From the NCBI GenBank assembly GCA_031414775.1, contig JANOQI010000024.1, forward strand, positions 103,656 to 167,655: 64,000 bases of DNA, read 5' to 3'. Source of the DNA: Synechococcales cyanobacterium VAR_4_metabat_354 (lineage in GTDB: Bacteria; Cyanobacteriota; Cyanobacteriia; Cyanobacteriales; Chamaesiphonaceae). Of this stretch, positions 19,499 to 30,246 are shown one piece after another. The stretch's first letter is position 1; every line of letters begins with the position of its first letter. The position numbers and the translations under genes were made by a program. The notes beneath the pieces were generated by a model, which was not told the DNA's origin, did not search any database, and saw nothing but the letters and a program-made list of their open reading frames with translations.

Positions 19499-20476
19499 TT
19501 AACTTCTTTCTAGATTAAGCTGGACTGCGAGTTCAAATAACCGATCAATTCTGAAAACTGCTGAATTCAATCCAATTTCATCTAAATACTCATCGATAGG
19601 CACAGATTTTTTTGCATAGCGACCATCTTCAGTACATCGGGTAATTTCTTGGAGCTCTAAAAAATTTGGATCTGTACCTATCAACATTCGACCAATACCA
19701 GAGGTTCTATTAGACTGGAGAAATATTTGGGGTAGTGGCAGCCATAAGTAACAGCTGAGAAAGTTGTGATCAGTAATGCGATGAAATCTTAAATGGCAAC
19801 AAGGCTTCGTTTTTCCCCGCCCATAAAAGATGCCGTTACTAACTTTGATTTCTTTGATGCGGTGACTAGAAGACAGCATCTTTTCCCTAAGACGCAGAGT
19901 TTCTCTCTTTTCAATTAGGGGTAATTTATTTAGAAAATTCACTAGTATTTTTGGTGGTGGAGCGACTTGAGTTTCTCTTTCACTATTGGTTACAATCGAG
20001 TCAGCTTCGATAAATGGAATTGGTTCTGTGGCATTTATTTCCTGGCGATCACTGAGATGAAATCTCAAATAAAATTTTTTTGATTTTTCAAAAACTGAAA
20101 ATCGAATAAACTCAAATTCTAATTTGTTATAGTGTCGATCGACGAAATTGTGTCTATGAAAATCTGGAGCGATCACTATCAATTTAATTGGCAAGTTGTA
20201 ATTGATCGAGTCTTTAAATGGCTGTTCTAAAGCAAGGCTATGATAATAGCGAGTGAGCTGATGAATAACATAACGGTCTTCACAATTTTTTAGCTCTAAT
20301 ACAACTAATTGATTGTTTTTAGTTTTAGCCAAAATATCGCAATAATCACCTTTGATTGCGAATTGACGATTGAGAGGAGTTAAATCTAAATTATTCTCTA
20401 AATTATCCCAGATAAAATCTTCTAGAAATCTTTCTTCTGCAAACATCCAGCCTTTATCAGATTTTCTCAGCACCAT
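19499..20476 (-). CDS. NucS/DUF91-like PD-(D/E)xK endonuclease domain protein
   Basis: E..LEDFI, CDILA, VLELKN and QLTRYY motifs; AT-rich. Confidence 0.7.
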   Translation of the reverse strand: MVLRKSDKGWMFAEERFLEDFIWDNLENNLDLTPLNRQFAIKGDYCDILAKTKNNQLVVLELKNCEDRYVIHQLTRYYHSLALEQPFKDSINYNLPIKLIVIAPDFHRHNFVDRHYNKLEFEFIRFSVFEKSKKFYLRFHLSDRQEINATEPIPFIEADSIVTNSERETQVAPPPKILVNFLNKLPLIEKRETLRLREKMLSSSHRIKEIKVSNGIFYGRGKTKPCCHLRFHRITDHNFLSCYLWLPLPQIFLQSNRTSGIGRMLIGTDPNFLELQEITRCTEDGRYAKKSVPIDEYLDEIGLNSAVFRIDRLFELAVQLNLERS

Positions 20477-20478
20477 CT

Positions 20479-21222
20479 CTAATCATCTGTTGATATATTA
20501 TTTTCTATAAGTTCCATCTTTCTAATGATGGGATCAAAATCATCACTAAATTTTGTTTGATGATTATAATAAGAATATTCAAGGCTTACTGTAGTAGGAG
20601 TCGGGAATTCTATATTCTGTAAATTAGCATCAGAAAAGTCAGCACCTTCTGCATGAAAATGTGCAAAAGATGATTTTTGAAAATCAGCTCCGCGAAAATC
20701 AACATAAGAAAATTGACCAGATATATAAATTGATCTCAGATCGGCTCCAGTAAAGTTTGATGCTGTAAAGTCAGCTCCAGAAAAATTACTAAATTTTGCT
20801 TTTTCAGTAAGATCACTAAATTTTACACATATAAAATCAGAACCTCGACAAGAAGACTCTGACAATTTTATTCTTCTTAAGTCTGAATTCTTGAAATTAC
20901 ATTGATCGAGCCTACAACGAGATAAATTAGCTCCTTGTAAATTGCATTCACTAAAATCAGTACCAGCTAAATCTACTTTAATTGACCGACTTGACCGACC
21001 AAAACTAACTGCTTTGAGGTTGGAACCCCGCAAAATAATGTTTTTAAGGTCAAGAAACAGTATTTCAGAATCAATAATATCTACTGTTGCCCCGCGTAAG
21101 TCAGAGCCGGAAAAATTCCGATGTCCCTCAGAATAGAGTTTAAGGAGAGCTTCAAGTGTTCTGACTGGCTTGGCTACTTGCTCGCCTGGATCAGAAATAT
21201 TAGGCGGGTTTTCTGCGGTCAT
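20479..21222 (-). CDS. Pentapeptide repeat protein
   Basis: Repeated A(D/N)(L/F)xx units; AT-rich. Confidence 0.85.
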   Translation of the reverse strand: MTAENPPNISDPGEQVAKPVRTLEALLKLYSEGHRNFSGSDLRGATVDIIDSEILFLDLKNIILRGSNLKAVSFGRSSRSIKVDLAGTDFSECNLQGANLSRCRLDQCNFKNSDLRRIKLSESSCRGSDFICVKFSDLTEKAKFSNFSGADFTASNFTGADLRSIYISGQFSYVDFRGADFQKSSFAHFHAEGADFSDANLQNIEFPTPTTVSLEYSYYNHQTKFSDDFDPIIRKMELIENNISTDD

Positions 21223-21329
21223 TAGCTTTGATGTGAATCAAAAATCATAGGTAATTCATCTATATTCTAGAGTACCCAGATACGATCGATTTACTACACT
21301 TTTTAAATGATCGACGTAATCAAATAAAA

Positions 21330-21470
21330 CTAATCCCAATCATCCACCGGTTCTTTTTCCCAATCACTCTTCGGTAAATATTGAGGCAATTTCAACTTAG
21401 GAAAACGATAAAAAGTATCACCATCATCATCCACCTCTGGCACCGCATCCAACACCCGCACCTGTCGATC
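21330..21470 (-). pseudogene. Displaced duplicate of the 3' end (46 codons plus stop) of gene 22135..22482
   Basis: Direct repeat of 22135-22275; 13 mismatches counted by eye, identical peptide, no start codon. Confidence 0.9.
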
Positions 21471-21547
21471 GAAATCATCTAAAATTGATAGTGACCGCTA
21501 AAAAGCTGAGATAATCAGGAATAGTCCCTAATGTTTGCTCGAAATCA

Positions 21548-21892
21548 ATGGCCAAATTATCTACCGAAACTCTAGTAATGATTTTCTCTTTACTGCGCCA
21601 ATTGGCAGAAGAAATAGAAGAAGCTTGTGCCATAGAATGGATATTTTTTGAGAGGTATGGAGAAACATCCAGAACGATCAGCGAATTAGAAGAATTACAA
21701 AATGCTAGAGAAAGACTCAATCAATCCTATGTTCGACTCAATACCTTACTACTGAAAATCCTGGAAGCACAGCCAACTGCTGCGAATGTTATGCTAGATT
21801 TGCTGGCTAAGGCGATCAATAGTGGGCAAGCGAATTTAGAAGCTGCCAATGCCAGTATTCAAGAGATTAGAAGAGGTTGGAATTTGTCATGA
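21548..21892 (+). CDS. Hypothetical alpha-helical protein
   Basis: 114-aa ORF, coupled to the next ORF by an ATGA overlap. Confidence 0.7.
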   Translation: MAKLSTETLVMIFSLLRQLAEEIEEACAIEWIFFERYGETSRTISELEELQNARERLNQSYVRLNTLLLKILEAQPTAANVMLDLLAKAINSGQANLEAANASIQEIRRGWNLS

Positions 21893-22077
21893 TCGATCAA
21901 CACCCCTATCCTGATGCCGAAACCAAAAAAAATTGTCTTGATCGCCTACGAGAAAGTAATCGCCAATTAGAGCTATATAACTTGTTCTTAGATGATGCGA
22001 TTGCTCAAGTGGACGCCGAACTGCGTCAACACAGACGTTCAAGATTATTGCAGAAGGTAAAACCTACTGAATTTTGA
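21889..22077 (+). CDS. Small hypothetical protein
   Basis: ATG overlaps the upstream TGA; GAGG upstream. Confidence 0.6.
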   Translation: MIDQHPYPDAETKKNCLDRLRESNRQLELYNLFLDDAIAQVDAELRQHRRSRLLQKVKPTEF

Positions 22078-22134
22078 TAGCTCTACTTGCACCAGAGGCG
22101 ATCGATAGGTAAATACAATAATTGATCGAGCTAA

Positions 22135-22482
22135 TTAATCCCAATCATCAACTGGCTCCTTTTCCCAATCACTCTTAGGTAAATATTGGGGCAACTTTAA
22201 TTTAGGAAAACGATAAAAAGTATCACCGTCATCATCCACTTCTGGCACCGCATCCAACACTCGCACCTGTCGATCAAGATATTCCTTAGCAATCTCTGCA
22301 TCAACCTGCGCCGATGCCCCCAACTCAATCAGCGAAATCGTACTATCATGCGACTGTAAAATTCGATAAAAAGCCTGATCTAACTGCTTTTGCTGACTTT
22401 GTTCGCGCAGCATTCGCGAGACATACACCGTCGCCCCACCACCCAGACCTAAAACCAACAGCAGTTGTATCAAAAATGCCAT
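22135..22482 (-). CDS. Membrane-anchored hypothetical protein (possible winged-helix C-terminus)
   Basis: N-terminal TM segment; synonymous-only divergence from its duplicate indicates real coding constraint. Confidence 0.8.
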   Translation of the reverse strand: MAFLIQLLLVLGLGGGATVYVSRMLREQSQQKQLDQAFYRILQSHDSTISLIELGASAQVDAEIAKEYLDRQVRVLDAVPEVDDDGDTFYRFPKLKLPQYLPKSDWEKEPVDDWD

Positions 22483-22556
22483 GACGAGAACTTCCTTGCT
22501 TGCATGAAATCTGTAATTTCCTCTCTTCGATACAGAAGAGAGGAATCGGAATCGAT

Positions 22557-23654
22557 CTACCCCGGCTTAACCAAATTCTCCAAGCCCTGAGTTACCTTAG
22601 CCGAAATCACGCTGTCATCAGCCGTCATTTTGTCCAAGACATCCTGGCCTTCTACCACATAACCAAACACTGCATAGCGGCCATCTAGCAAATTGCGGCC
22701 AGCAGGTGTTAGTTCTGGCTCAAACAAGAAGAAAAAGAACTGGGAAGAAGCTCCATCTGGCTCGGTTTCTGGTCTGGCCATTGCCAAGGTACCAAAAGAA
22801 GCAAAAGGCAAGACCGGCTCATCATTGTAGCGACCGGCATCTTCGAGGGTAATGCCATAGGTCGGTTTGGGGTCGCCTTTTGCCAAAACTTCTAAGGGGA
22901 TGGCTCGGTATTTCTTAGTTTTAGGATCAATAAAACCTACTTCTTTCCCTGGCGGATCACCAACCTGCAACACATAGGAATCTTCAGCACGGGTAAAAGG
23001 CAGTTTGGTATAAAAGCCCCGCTGCACCAAGTCCACGAAATTGCCCGCTGTAACTGGCGCACTGTAGCCGTCTACTACTATTTTGACATCACCTTTGCTG
23101 GTGGTCATGGCGATTGTTGCCCGTCCTTTCAGTTGGGGCAGATTTTTGTATTCAGCTGGTACTTCATAGGGGAAGCCCTCGATCATTAATTCTTCTAGGT
23201 TACCAATTTGATCTAATACTGCTGCTTTTTTAGCTTGAATCTGTGACCTGTCTTGGGCATCAGCAGCGGCTGTCATATCTGTGATGCTAGCGGCAATCTC
23301 ACTGAGCAGGGTGGTTGCTGCCGCCTGATTCTTTTCTGGAACTGTTTTTAAAATATTGGCACTGCGGCTTTGTAATACCGAGCTAGCTTGTTTTATGTTA
23401 CTACTGATTTTTTGCCAGCGCTTGCTGCGCAGCTGATTCGAGATATCTTCTAAGCTGGTCTGCACTTTGCGGATATCGGGGCTGTCGATCGGCAAGGCAT
23501 AACGCAAAATTGCCCGACCATCGGTAATCGCATTGCCCGCAGGCAATAAACTCGCGCTTAAACTAACAGATAAAAAAGCGCAAAGACTAAGCGTCAAGAC
23601 TGTCCGCAAGCCGCGCTGGAGGTAGTTAGTAATAAAAGTTTTGATAAAACTCAT
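22557..23654 (-). CDS. Cyclophilin-type PPIase, CYP38/TLP40-like
   Basis: LPAGNAITDGRAILRYALP, DGYSAPVTAGNF and LDGRYAVFGYV motifs. Confidence 0.88.
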   Translation of the reverse strand: MSFIKTFITNYLQRGLRTVLTLSLCAFLSVSLSASLLPAGNAITDGRAILRYALPIDSPDIRKVQTSLEDISNQLRSKRWQKISSNIKQASSVLQSRSANILKTVPEKNQAAATTLLSEIAASITDMTAAADAQDRSQIQAKKAAVLDQIGNLEELMIEGFPYEVPAEYKNLPQLKGRATIAMTTSKGDVKIVVDGYSAPVTAGNFVDLVQRGFYTKLPFTRAEDSYVLQVGDPPGKEVGFIDPKTKKYRAIPLEVLAKGDPKPTYGITLEDAGRYNDEPVLPFASFGTLAMARPETEPDGASSQFFFFLFEPELTPAGRNLLDGRYAVFGYVVEGQDVLDKMTADDSVISAKVTQGLENLVKPG

Positions 23655-23801
23655 AGGATAAATGTCGCTGAAGGCTAGGCAAGAGCGGCCACTGCCAAAT
23701 CTCTGCCTTCTTAATCTTGCCATAGTCCGGCTGGTTAATTGACTGAGAACTTCCCACAGCCTGATAAAATTAAATGCTGACTATATTCCCACAACAAACT
23801 C

Positions 23802-24362
23802 ATGATTTCCAGTAATGATTTTCGGCCTGGCGTTTCGATCGAGTGGAATGGTGGCGTATGGCGGGTAGTGGAATTCTTGCACGTTAAACCTGGTAAGGGA
23901 GCTGCCTTCGTTCGCACCAAGCTCAAAAATGCTCAATCGGGCAACACCGTCGAACACACTTTTCGGGCTGGTGAAAGCATGCCCCAGGCCAATTTAGAAA
24001 AAAGTGCCATGCAGCACACCTACAAAGAAGCCGATCAATTTGTATTCATGGATATGGAGTCCTTTGAGGAATCCACGCTTACTGAAAAACAGATCGGCGA
24101 TCGAGTGAAATATCTCAAAGAAGGGATGGAAGTCAACGTTGTCCGGTGGGGCGAGCAAATCCTAGAAGTAGAACTGCCCAACGCTGTCGTTCTCGAAATC
24201 ACTCAAACCGATCCTGGGATGAAAGGCGACACTGCTACTGGTGGTAGCAAACCAGCTATTCTAGAAACTGGTGCCCAAATTATGGTGCCGCTGTTTATCA
24301 CGATTGGTGAGAAAATTAAGATCGACACTCGGACAGATACCTATCTGGGTCGAGGAGAATAA
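23802..24362 (+). CDS. efp: Elongation factor P
   Basis: [14 protein letters not shown]. Confidence 0.97.
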   Translation: MISSNDFRPGVSIEWNGGVWRVVEFLHVKPGKGAAFVRTKLKNAQSGNTVEHTFRAGESMPQANLEKSAMQHTYKEADQFVFMDMESFEESTLTEKQIGDRVKYLKEGMEVNVVRWGEQILEVELPNAVVLEITQTDPGMKGDTATGGSKPAILETGAQIMVPLFITIGEKIKIDTRTDTYLGRGE

Positions 24363-24438
24363 TAATCGGCTTTTGGGGCTGGCCGACAGCCTAAACTTAA
24401 GGGAATTCCTCAGCCCCATCCACCTCCTATAAAAAAGT

Positions 24439-24894
24439 ATGTCGATTAATTTTCAAGAGTTGCGGGAACTGATTGCAGCGATCGCCAGCACAGACATCAC
24501 CGAGCTAAATTTAAAAAACACCGAATTTGAGCTAACTGTCCGTAAAGCACCGCTGGTAGTTCAGCCAGTCAACAGTAGCACTGCTAACGTTTTAATAGAA
24601 GCACCAGTAACAATTGAGGCTACTACACCAGTGCCTGCTCGCCCAGAGAAAAAATGGGTAGAAATAAAGTCGCCGATGGTTGGAACTTTTTACCGGTCAC
24701 CTGGACCAGACGATCCATCTTTTGTCTCGGTAGGCGATCGCATTGCCATCAAACAAGCGGTTTGCATCATTGAAGCCATGAAGCTGATGAATGAATTAGA
24801 AGCCGAAGTTGCTGGTCAAGTGATGGAAATTCTAGTAGAGAATGGCCAGCCAGTTGAATTTGGCCAAATCCTGATGTATGTCAATCCTAGCTAG
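24439..24894 (+). CDS. accB: Acetyl-CoA carboxylase biotin carboxyl carrier protein
   Basis: SPMVGTFY and EAMKLMNE motifs; efp-accB synteny. Confidence 0.95.
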   Translation: MSINFQELRELIAAIASTDITELNLKNTEFELTVRKAPLVVQPVNSSTANVLIEAPVTIEATTPVPARPEKKWVEIKSPMVGTFYRSPGPDDPSFVSVGDRIAIKQAVCIIEAMKLMNELEAEVAGQVMEILVENGQPVEFGQILMYVNPS

Positions 24895-24901
24895 TAAATA
24901 G

Positions 24902-24927
24902 ATTAAAGACCCGCAAGGGTCTTTAAT
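24902..24927. terminator. Bidirectional terminator between convergent genes
   Basis: attaaagaccc-GCAA-gggtctttaat. Confidence 0.75.
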
Positions 24928-24935
24928 TTAGCCAG

Positions 24936-25613
24936 TTATGGTTCTTGTTGCTGGGATTCAAACTCTGTTTGGAAAGATTTGCGGTCTAAAGGTTGTTTAA
25001 CTTCAACACCTTCACCACCTAGTACTTCTAGCTTTTTGCCCTCGATCGTGATCCACACACTAGCATTTGGATCTAAGCTAGTGGCCGTAAATAATACTTC
25101 TGATAGTCGGGACTGCATAGAAGTTGAGCCACCACCACTCTCGAACTCACGAGATAGGTCTACATGGATACCATCAGACTCGGTGCGCAGAGATAAAAGT
25201 TTTGTCCCCTTCGGAATTGTAGAAACAGCACTTTTGTTGCCTTCTTTTGCTGCTGATTTGTTGCTGGCCAACAGTTCGCCAAAGGCGGCACGTAAGTTGG
25301 CTTCTGGCGATTGATTTGGCTCTTGGAGAGGTAGAGGTTTGGGAACCATCTTAAACCCAGTTTGAGTGGGTTCGGTCTGGTAAATAGCTACATTGTTATC
25401 CTTGGGCGGTTGGTTATTAACCGGTGGCTTGGTGAAGGGGATCTGCTGTTGTGGCGCTGTTGGGGTCTTAGCATTCGGGTCGATTTCTACCGAAACTTTC
25501 ACCGAGGGTACTTTATATGGATTAAGGTTAAACCAAGCTACAGAAACACCTGTACCAACTATGCAGGCTGCGATCGCGGCCATTGCACTCTTAGACAAAT
25601 TAAATTGTGTCAT
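24936..25613 (-). CDS. GerMN domain protein
   Basis: IPKGTKLLS and VDLSREFESGGGSTSM motifs; N-terminal TM. Confidence 0.8.
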   Translation of the reverse strand: MTQFNLSKSAMAAIAACIVGTGVSVAWFNLNPYKVPSVKVSVEIDPNAKTPTAPQQQIPFTKPPVNNQPPKDNNVAIYQTEPTQTGFKMVPKPLPLQEPNQSPEANLRAAFGELLASNKSAAKEGNKSAVSTIPKGTKLLSLRTESDGIHVDLSREFESGGGSTSMQSRLSEVLFTATSLDPNASVWITIEGKKLEVLGGEGVEVKQPLDRKSFQTEFESQQQEP

Positions 25614-25707
25614 GAAGCCCGCCTCAAGTAAAAATGAATGATTGGTCTGGATTGCTAAGTATCACAGTTGTTTCTGATCCTATCAAAAAAATCAAGCTAT
25701 TTTCAAA

Positions 25708-26520
25708 TTATCTTGGTTGTTTGATTGGTGGCACTTGAAAACGGACGAAAGTCGCCACTTCCATTTTCTGGTTGATCACCTTTACATTTAACACTCTAGC
25801 AGTTAAGCCCTTAGTCTCTAGTATAGCTAAGTCTGCTCGTTGGTTAATAGTGCTTAGCACACTATCCAAAACGAAATCAGGCAAAGGAAAACTGTTAACA
25901 TTACCCTGAGCATTTACCAGCCGAATTTTTCGGCCTCCAGTGATTTCCACTCCTGTTTCGATATCCAGATTCAGCTTGTCTGCTGGTTTAGAAGTATCAA
26001 TTAGAGTGAGTTTCATACCTAGCCTATTATTTGGCAAGAAACGGACTTGGGGGTTTTCAACTTTATATATGTTTCCTACCGATCCACCAAATTCGGCAAT
26101 TCCATCACCAACAACTTTCTGAATCTGATTCAAAACTACAGCTGATTTCAAGGACTTGTTAATATCCTGCTCATCTACCGTAAACTTGACCCCAGCTTGC
26201 AGTGGTTTTGGCAAAGATTCAAATTTCAGCTGCGATAGCTGCTGAATCTTTTGCGGATCAACTTGGATGGGATCGGTCTCTAGCTCAAAGCCGTCAATAC
26301 GGATGCTTGGATTTAACCACAAACCCTTGGCAGCCACTCTCACTCGATCGGCTTTTCCGCTAATAATTTGCAGGTTGGGCGCATTGTCGATCCGCACTTG
26401 GAGGTTTTCGACTTTGCTAAAACGCGATCGAATAGCGCTTTCCGCCGCCTTGTCAGCCACAATGCCAGCAAAGGATAAAGCAGACAAGAAACTAGACAAC
26501 AGAACAGTAATTAGTTCCAT
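25708..26520 (-). CDS. DUF2993/LmeA-like protein
   Basis: N-terminal anchor; LQVRIDNAP...GKADRVRVAAKG. Confidence 0.7.
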   Translation of the reverse strand: MELITVLLSSFLSALSFAGIVADKAAESAIRSRFSKVENLQVRIDNAPNLQIISGKADRVRVAAKGLWLNPSIRIDGFELETDPIQVDPQKIQQLSQLKFESLPKPLQAGVKFTVDEQDINKSLKSAVVLNQIQKVVGDGIAEFGGSVGNIYKVENPQVRFLPNNRLGMKLTLIDTSKPADKLNLDIETGVEITGGRKIRLVNAQGNVNSFPLPDFVLDSVLSTINQRADLAILETKGLTARVLNVKVINQKMEVATFVRFQVPPIKQPR

Positions 26521-26624
26521 AACTCCTGATGGGTTCATTGCTGAGAGGTGGGGGCATAAAATACCTCACCACCTCTTCCGAAAAAGATCGAACGCACCAC
26601 GATCAACCACGGCATCATAGCACA

Positions 26625-28430
26625 CTAGGTGTGCTGAGTAGCCTGGTCAATCCATTGCCGAACAACTGATACCACCTCATCGACGGCGATTTCTTGCGAT
26701 TGTTTCGTGAATCGATCGACCACTTCTAATTGACCATTTTGTAAGGATCTGCCAGTAACAATTCGGTAGGGGATGCCAATTAAGTCAGCATCTTTGAACT
26801 TGACCCCGGCTCTTTCATCGCGATCGTCCAGAATGGTTTCAATACCAGCAGCATTGAGATTTTGATAGAGTTTTTCGGCAGCAGCCATTTGATTGGCATC
26901 ACTGATGTTAGGCACACAGATAATTACTTGGTAGGGCGCAATCGCCACTGGCCAAATAATACCGTCTTTGTCGTAGGACTGTTCCACGGCAGCCTGAGCC
27001 ATCCGAGATACTCCGACACCATAGCAACCCATTACCAGCGGCTGTTCTGCGCCTTGCTCATTGGTAAACATTGCGCCCATCGCTTGCGAATACTTAGTAC
27101 CCAGTTGGAAGATATGGCCAACTTCAATGCCCCTGGCGGTTTGGAGGGTTTGGCTAGCGTCGTGAACGGCCGCATCACCAACCAGGGCGGTGCGTACATC
27201 CACAGTGGTGGGTAGAGGAAAGTCTTGCTCCCAGTTAGCGCCGACCGTATGCTGACCCACGATATCAGCACCAGTGACGAAGTTTTTCAGGTCTACGGCA
27301 GTACGATCAACTAACCGTAAAAATTGTGGAGCCGCGCTGCTTGCCTGAATATATTCATTGCTGAGGTTGGGGGAGATGTAGCCGAGAGGTAAGGGCTTGG
27401 TTGCCCATTTGTCGATCGCATCTCCATCCGGGACGGTCAGGGCAATAATTCCTTTGGCTTCGTAATCAGCGGCACGCTTACTCAATTCATTACTGAGTTT
27501 GACTTCGTTGACGGATTGATCGCCTCGGATGCTGACTAAAACTAAAACGGTGCTGCCATTGTCATAGACCGCTTGATAAAGAACGTTTTTAACGATTGCG
27601 GTGGCCGAGCATTTTAGAAGCGTGGTGAGTTTATCGATGGTGTTGGCATTAGGAGTGGCGACTTGCTCTAACTTTGTGAAAGGCGAGGGCACGGCAACGG
27701 CAGCTATGGACACGGCTTTTTCAACGTTGGCGGCGTACTTGCTATCGGCGGTGTATAGCACGTCATCTTCCCCGGCCGCAGCCAGTACCATGAATTCTTG
27801 AGAACCGGAACCGCCGATCGCGCCGGAGTCAGCATCAACGGCTCGGAACTCCAGTCCACAGCGGCACAGGATATTGCAATAAGCTTGGTGCATAGCCTGA
27901 TAAGTCTCTTTCAGGCTGTCTTCGTTGGCATGGAAAGAATAGGCATCTTTCATAATAAATTCCCGGCCACGCATCAGGCCAAAGCGGGGGCGAATTTCGT
28001 CGCGGAATTTGCTTTGAATTTGGTAGAGGTTTTGAGGTAGTTGGCGGTAAGAACGAATTAGGTCTCTGGCGACGGCGGTGATGACTTCTTCGTGGGTGGG
28101 GCCGAGGGCGACTTGGCGCTGTTGTCGATCGGTGAAAGCAAACATGATGCCCTCCGCTTGGGTGTACGTATCCCAGCGACCGGATTGTTGCCAGAGTTCA
28201 GCGGGTTGCAGTTGGGGCAGCAGGCATTCTTGAGCACCAGTGGCATCCATTTCTTCTTTGACGATCCGACGAACTTTGTCTAGTACCCGCAGCATTAGGG
28301 GTAGGTAAGCGTAGAGACCGCTACCGATGCGCCGAATATAGCCTGCGCGGAGCAAGAGCTTGTGGCTAGGGATTTCGGCTTCGGCGGGTTCTTCCCGTAA
28401 GGTGACAAATAAGCTCTGAGAAAGTCGCAT
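26625..28430 (-). CDS. proS: Proline--tRNA ligase
   Basis: [32 protein letters not shown] and [11 protein letters not shown] motifs. Confidence 0.97.
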   Translation of the reverse strand: MRLSQSLFVTLREEPAEAEIPSHKLLLRAGYIRRIGSGLYAYLPLMLRVLDKVRRIVKEEMDATGAQECLLPQLQPAELWQQSGRWDTYTQAEGIMFAFTDRQQRQVALGPTHEEVITAVARDLIRSYRQLPQNLYQIQSKFRDEIRPRFGLMRGREFIMKDAYSFHANEDSLKETYQAMHQAYCNILCRCGLEFRAVDADSGAIGGSGSQEFMVLAAAGEDDVLYTADSKYAANVEKAVSIAAVAVPSPFTKLEQVATPNANTIDKLTTLLKCSATAIVKNVLYQAVYDNGSTVLVLVSIRGDQSVNEVKLSNELSKRAADYEAKGIIALTVPDGDAIDKWATKPLPLGYISPNLSNEYIQASSAAPQFLRLVDRTAVDLKNFVTGADIVGQHTVGANWEQDFPLPTTVDVRTALVGDAAVHDASQTLQTARGIEVGHIFQLGTKYSQAMGAMFTNEQGAEQPLVMGCYGVGVSRMAQAAVEQSYDKDGIIWPVAIAPYQVIICVPNISDANQMAAAEKLYQNLNAAGIETILDDRDERAGVKFKDADLIGIPYRIVTGRSLQNGQLEVVDRFTKQSQEIAVDEVVSVVRQWIDQATQHT

Positions 28431-28555
28431 GGTGCCTGATAGAAATAAACCGCAGTCTATTATAAGCGTGTTCAGGGGTTATTGGGTGCGCTGTTGGTTG
28501 ATGATCATGCCCTGATTCGGATTACTGATTGTGGCTACACCGAGCGCAGCTAAAT

Positions 28556-29389
28556 TCACAAAACTTCTACAATTTGATAGCTACCGAAAGACTGGATATT
28601 TTCTACATAATTCGTCAAATCTTTTAAAACATTGGCGACTAGTGGTTCACTGCCATCGGCTTCGATGTCAACAAAGAAAAGATAGTCTCCTAGCGATTTT
28701 TTAGTTGGTCTAGATTCAATTCGACTCAAGTTAATGTTTTGACTAGCTAGCTTTTCTAATACTCCCAACAAGGCACCTGGCACATTAGCCGACAAACTAA
28801 AAGCTAAAGAAGTATGACTACCAGTTCGTGCTGGCTGGTGGCCAAGCACCCAAAACCGAGTGCGATTGTCCGGATAATCGCCAATTCCTTGGATAAGAGT
28901 GGGCAGCTGGTAAAGGTCGGCGGCTCTTTGCGAGGAAATAGCCGCTGCCTGGGGTTGAGTAGACAACTCATGTAAAACGGCGGTAGTAGAGTTAGCTGCT
29001 ACTTGCTGGGCGCTGGGTAGGAATTTGCCTAACCAACCTTGGCATTGGCTCAGAGCCTGCGGATGAGAGTAAACAGTATGGATTTCTTGAAGATCAGTCG
29101 CGGTAGTAATGAGAGTATGTTCGATCGACAGTTCTAGAGCCTGCTGAATCTGGAGTTGGCCAACCCGCCACAGGGTATCCAGGGTCATCGTGACACTGCC
29201 TTCGATCGAGTTTTCGACTGGTACCACTGCTAAACTAGCCCGACCTTGATCGACAGATTCGATTGCCTGGGCGATCGTGTTGCAAGACAACAGAATAGTC
29301 TCTGTCTCGATCGAATCAGCATAAGCTAAGGCGGCGGCTTCGGCATAAGTACCGATCGGGCCAAGGTGAGCAATAACGGTAGTAGCCAT
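28556..29389 (-). CDS. pheA: Prephenate dehydratase
   Basis: VPVENSIEG, SHPQALSQC, NRTRF and INLSRIESRP motifs. Confidence 0.93.
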   Translation of the reverse strand: MATTVIAHLGPIGTYAEAAALAYADSIETETILLSCNTIAQAIESVDQGRASLAVVPVENSIEGSVTMTLDTLWRVGQLQIQQALELSIEHTLITTATDLQEIHTVYSHPQALSQCQGWLGKFLPSAQQVAANSTTAVLHELSTQPQAAAISSQRAADLYQLPTLIQGIGDYPDNRTRFWVLGHQPARTGSHTSLAFSLSANVPGALLGVLEKLASQNINLSRIESRPTKKSLGDYLFFVDIEADGSEPLVANVLKDLTNYVENIQSFGSYQIVEVL

Positions 29390-29614
29390 AACAGTGGGGA
29401 AGAGACCAAGGGGATTTAGCTGAATTTAACGAAAAATTGGCGCTGTCTGGCTATCCAGCCGCTTCGGAGTTGCGCTAAGATTAGGTAGCATTGAAACGAC
29501 AGAAATATTCAAGTCTAAATTAAAGTAAATATTCCGGAACTCAGGATAGTATACGGCACCAGTTACGTGTTTAAGCTAGAGTCCTTTACTCCTCATGAAT
29601 CGCTCTCCCCTACT

Positions 29615-30214
29615 ATGCAAGTTAAGTTTGTCGCCAGCCAATCGCTCGACCTCACAGTGGCAGAGCATGCCGTGCCGATTTGTCACTATCTGCGCCAACC
29701 CCAGCGATTAATTGCTGCATTAGTAGACCAAGACCAAATTGAAGACTTGGGTGGTCAGCAGTTTTGTCTGAAAATGCGTCCCCTCAGCTTTTTTCACTTT
29801 ACCCTCCAACCCACTGTGCAGATGAGGGTTTGGGCCGATCCTGATGGCACCGTGCATTTAAAATCCACTGATTGTGAAATTCGGGGTGTGGACTATATCA
29901 ATCAGCGCTTTCATCTAGATTTATTGGGTACACTAGTTCCAACAGTGACTGGAAAAAAAGCTCACTTACAAGGGCTAGCAGATCTGCAAGTGCAGGTAGA
30001 TTTACCACCGGCCTTGTGGTTTACCCCCAAACCCATTCTGGAAAAGGCTGGAAACAGCTTGTTAAAGAGTGTACTGATGACAGTAAAACAAAGGCTCAGT
30101 CATCAACTGTTAGTAGATTACAGCCGGTGGGCACAAGCCAATCACCAGATTAGTCAGTTATCTAATGCTGAGGTAGCTTTGCCTAAGCTAGTTATCGATC
30201 CAGCCAGTCCTTAG
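29615..30214 (+). CDS. DUF1997 family protein
   Basis: YLRQPQRL and KQRLSHQLLVDY..W motifs. Confidence 0.75.
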   Translation: MQVKFVASQSLDLTVAEHAVPICHYLRQPQRLIAALVDQDQIEDLGGQQFCLKMRPLSFFHFTLQPTVQMRVWADPDGTVHLKSTDCEIRGVDYINQRFHLDLLGTLVPTVTGKKAHLQGLADLQVQVDLPPALWFTPKPILEKAGNSLLKSVLMTVKQRLSHQLLVDYSRWAQANHQISQLSNAEVALPKLVIDPASP

Positions 30215-30246
30215 CTTAATAGAATGCAGGAGCAGTTCAATATACT

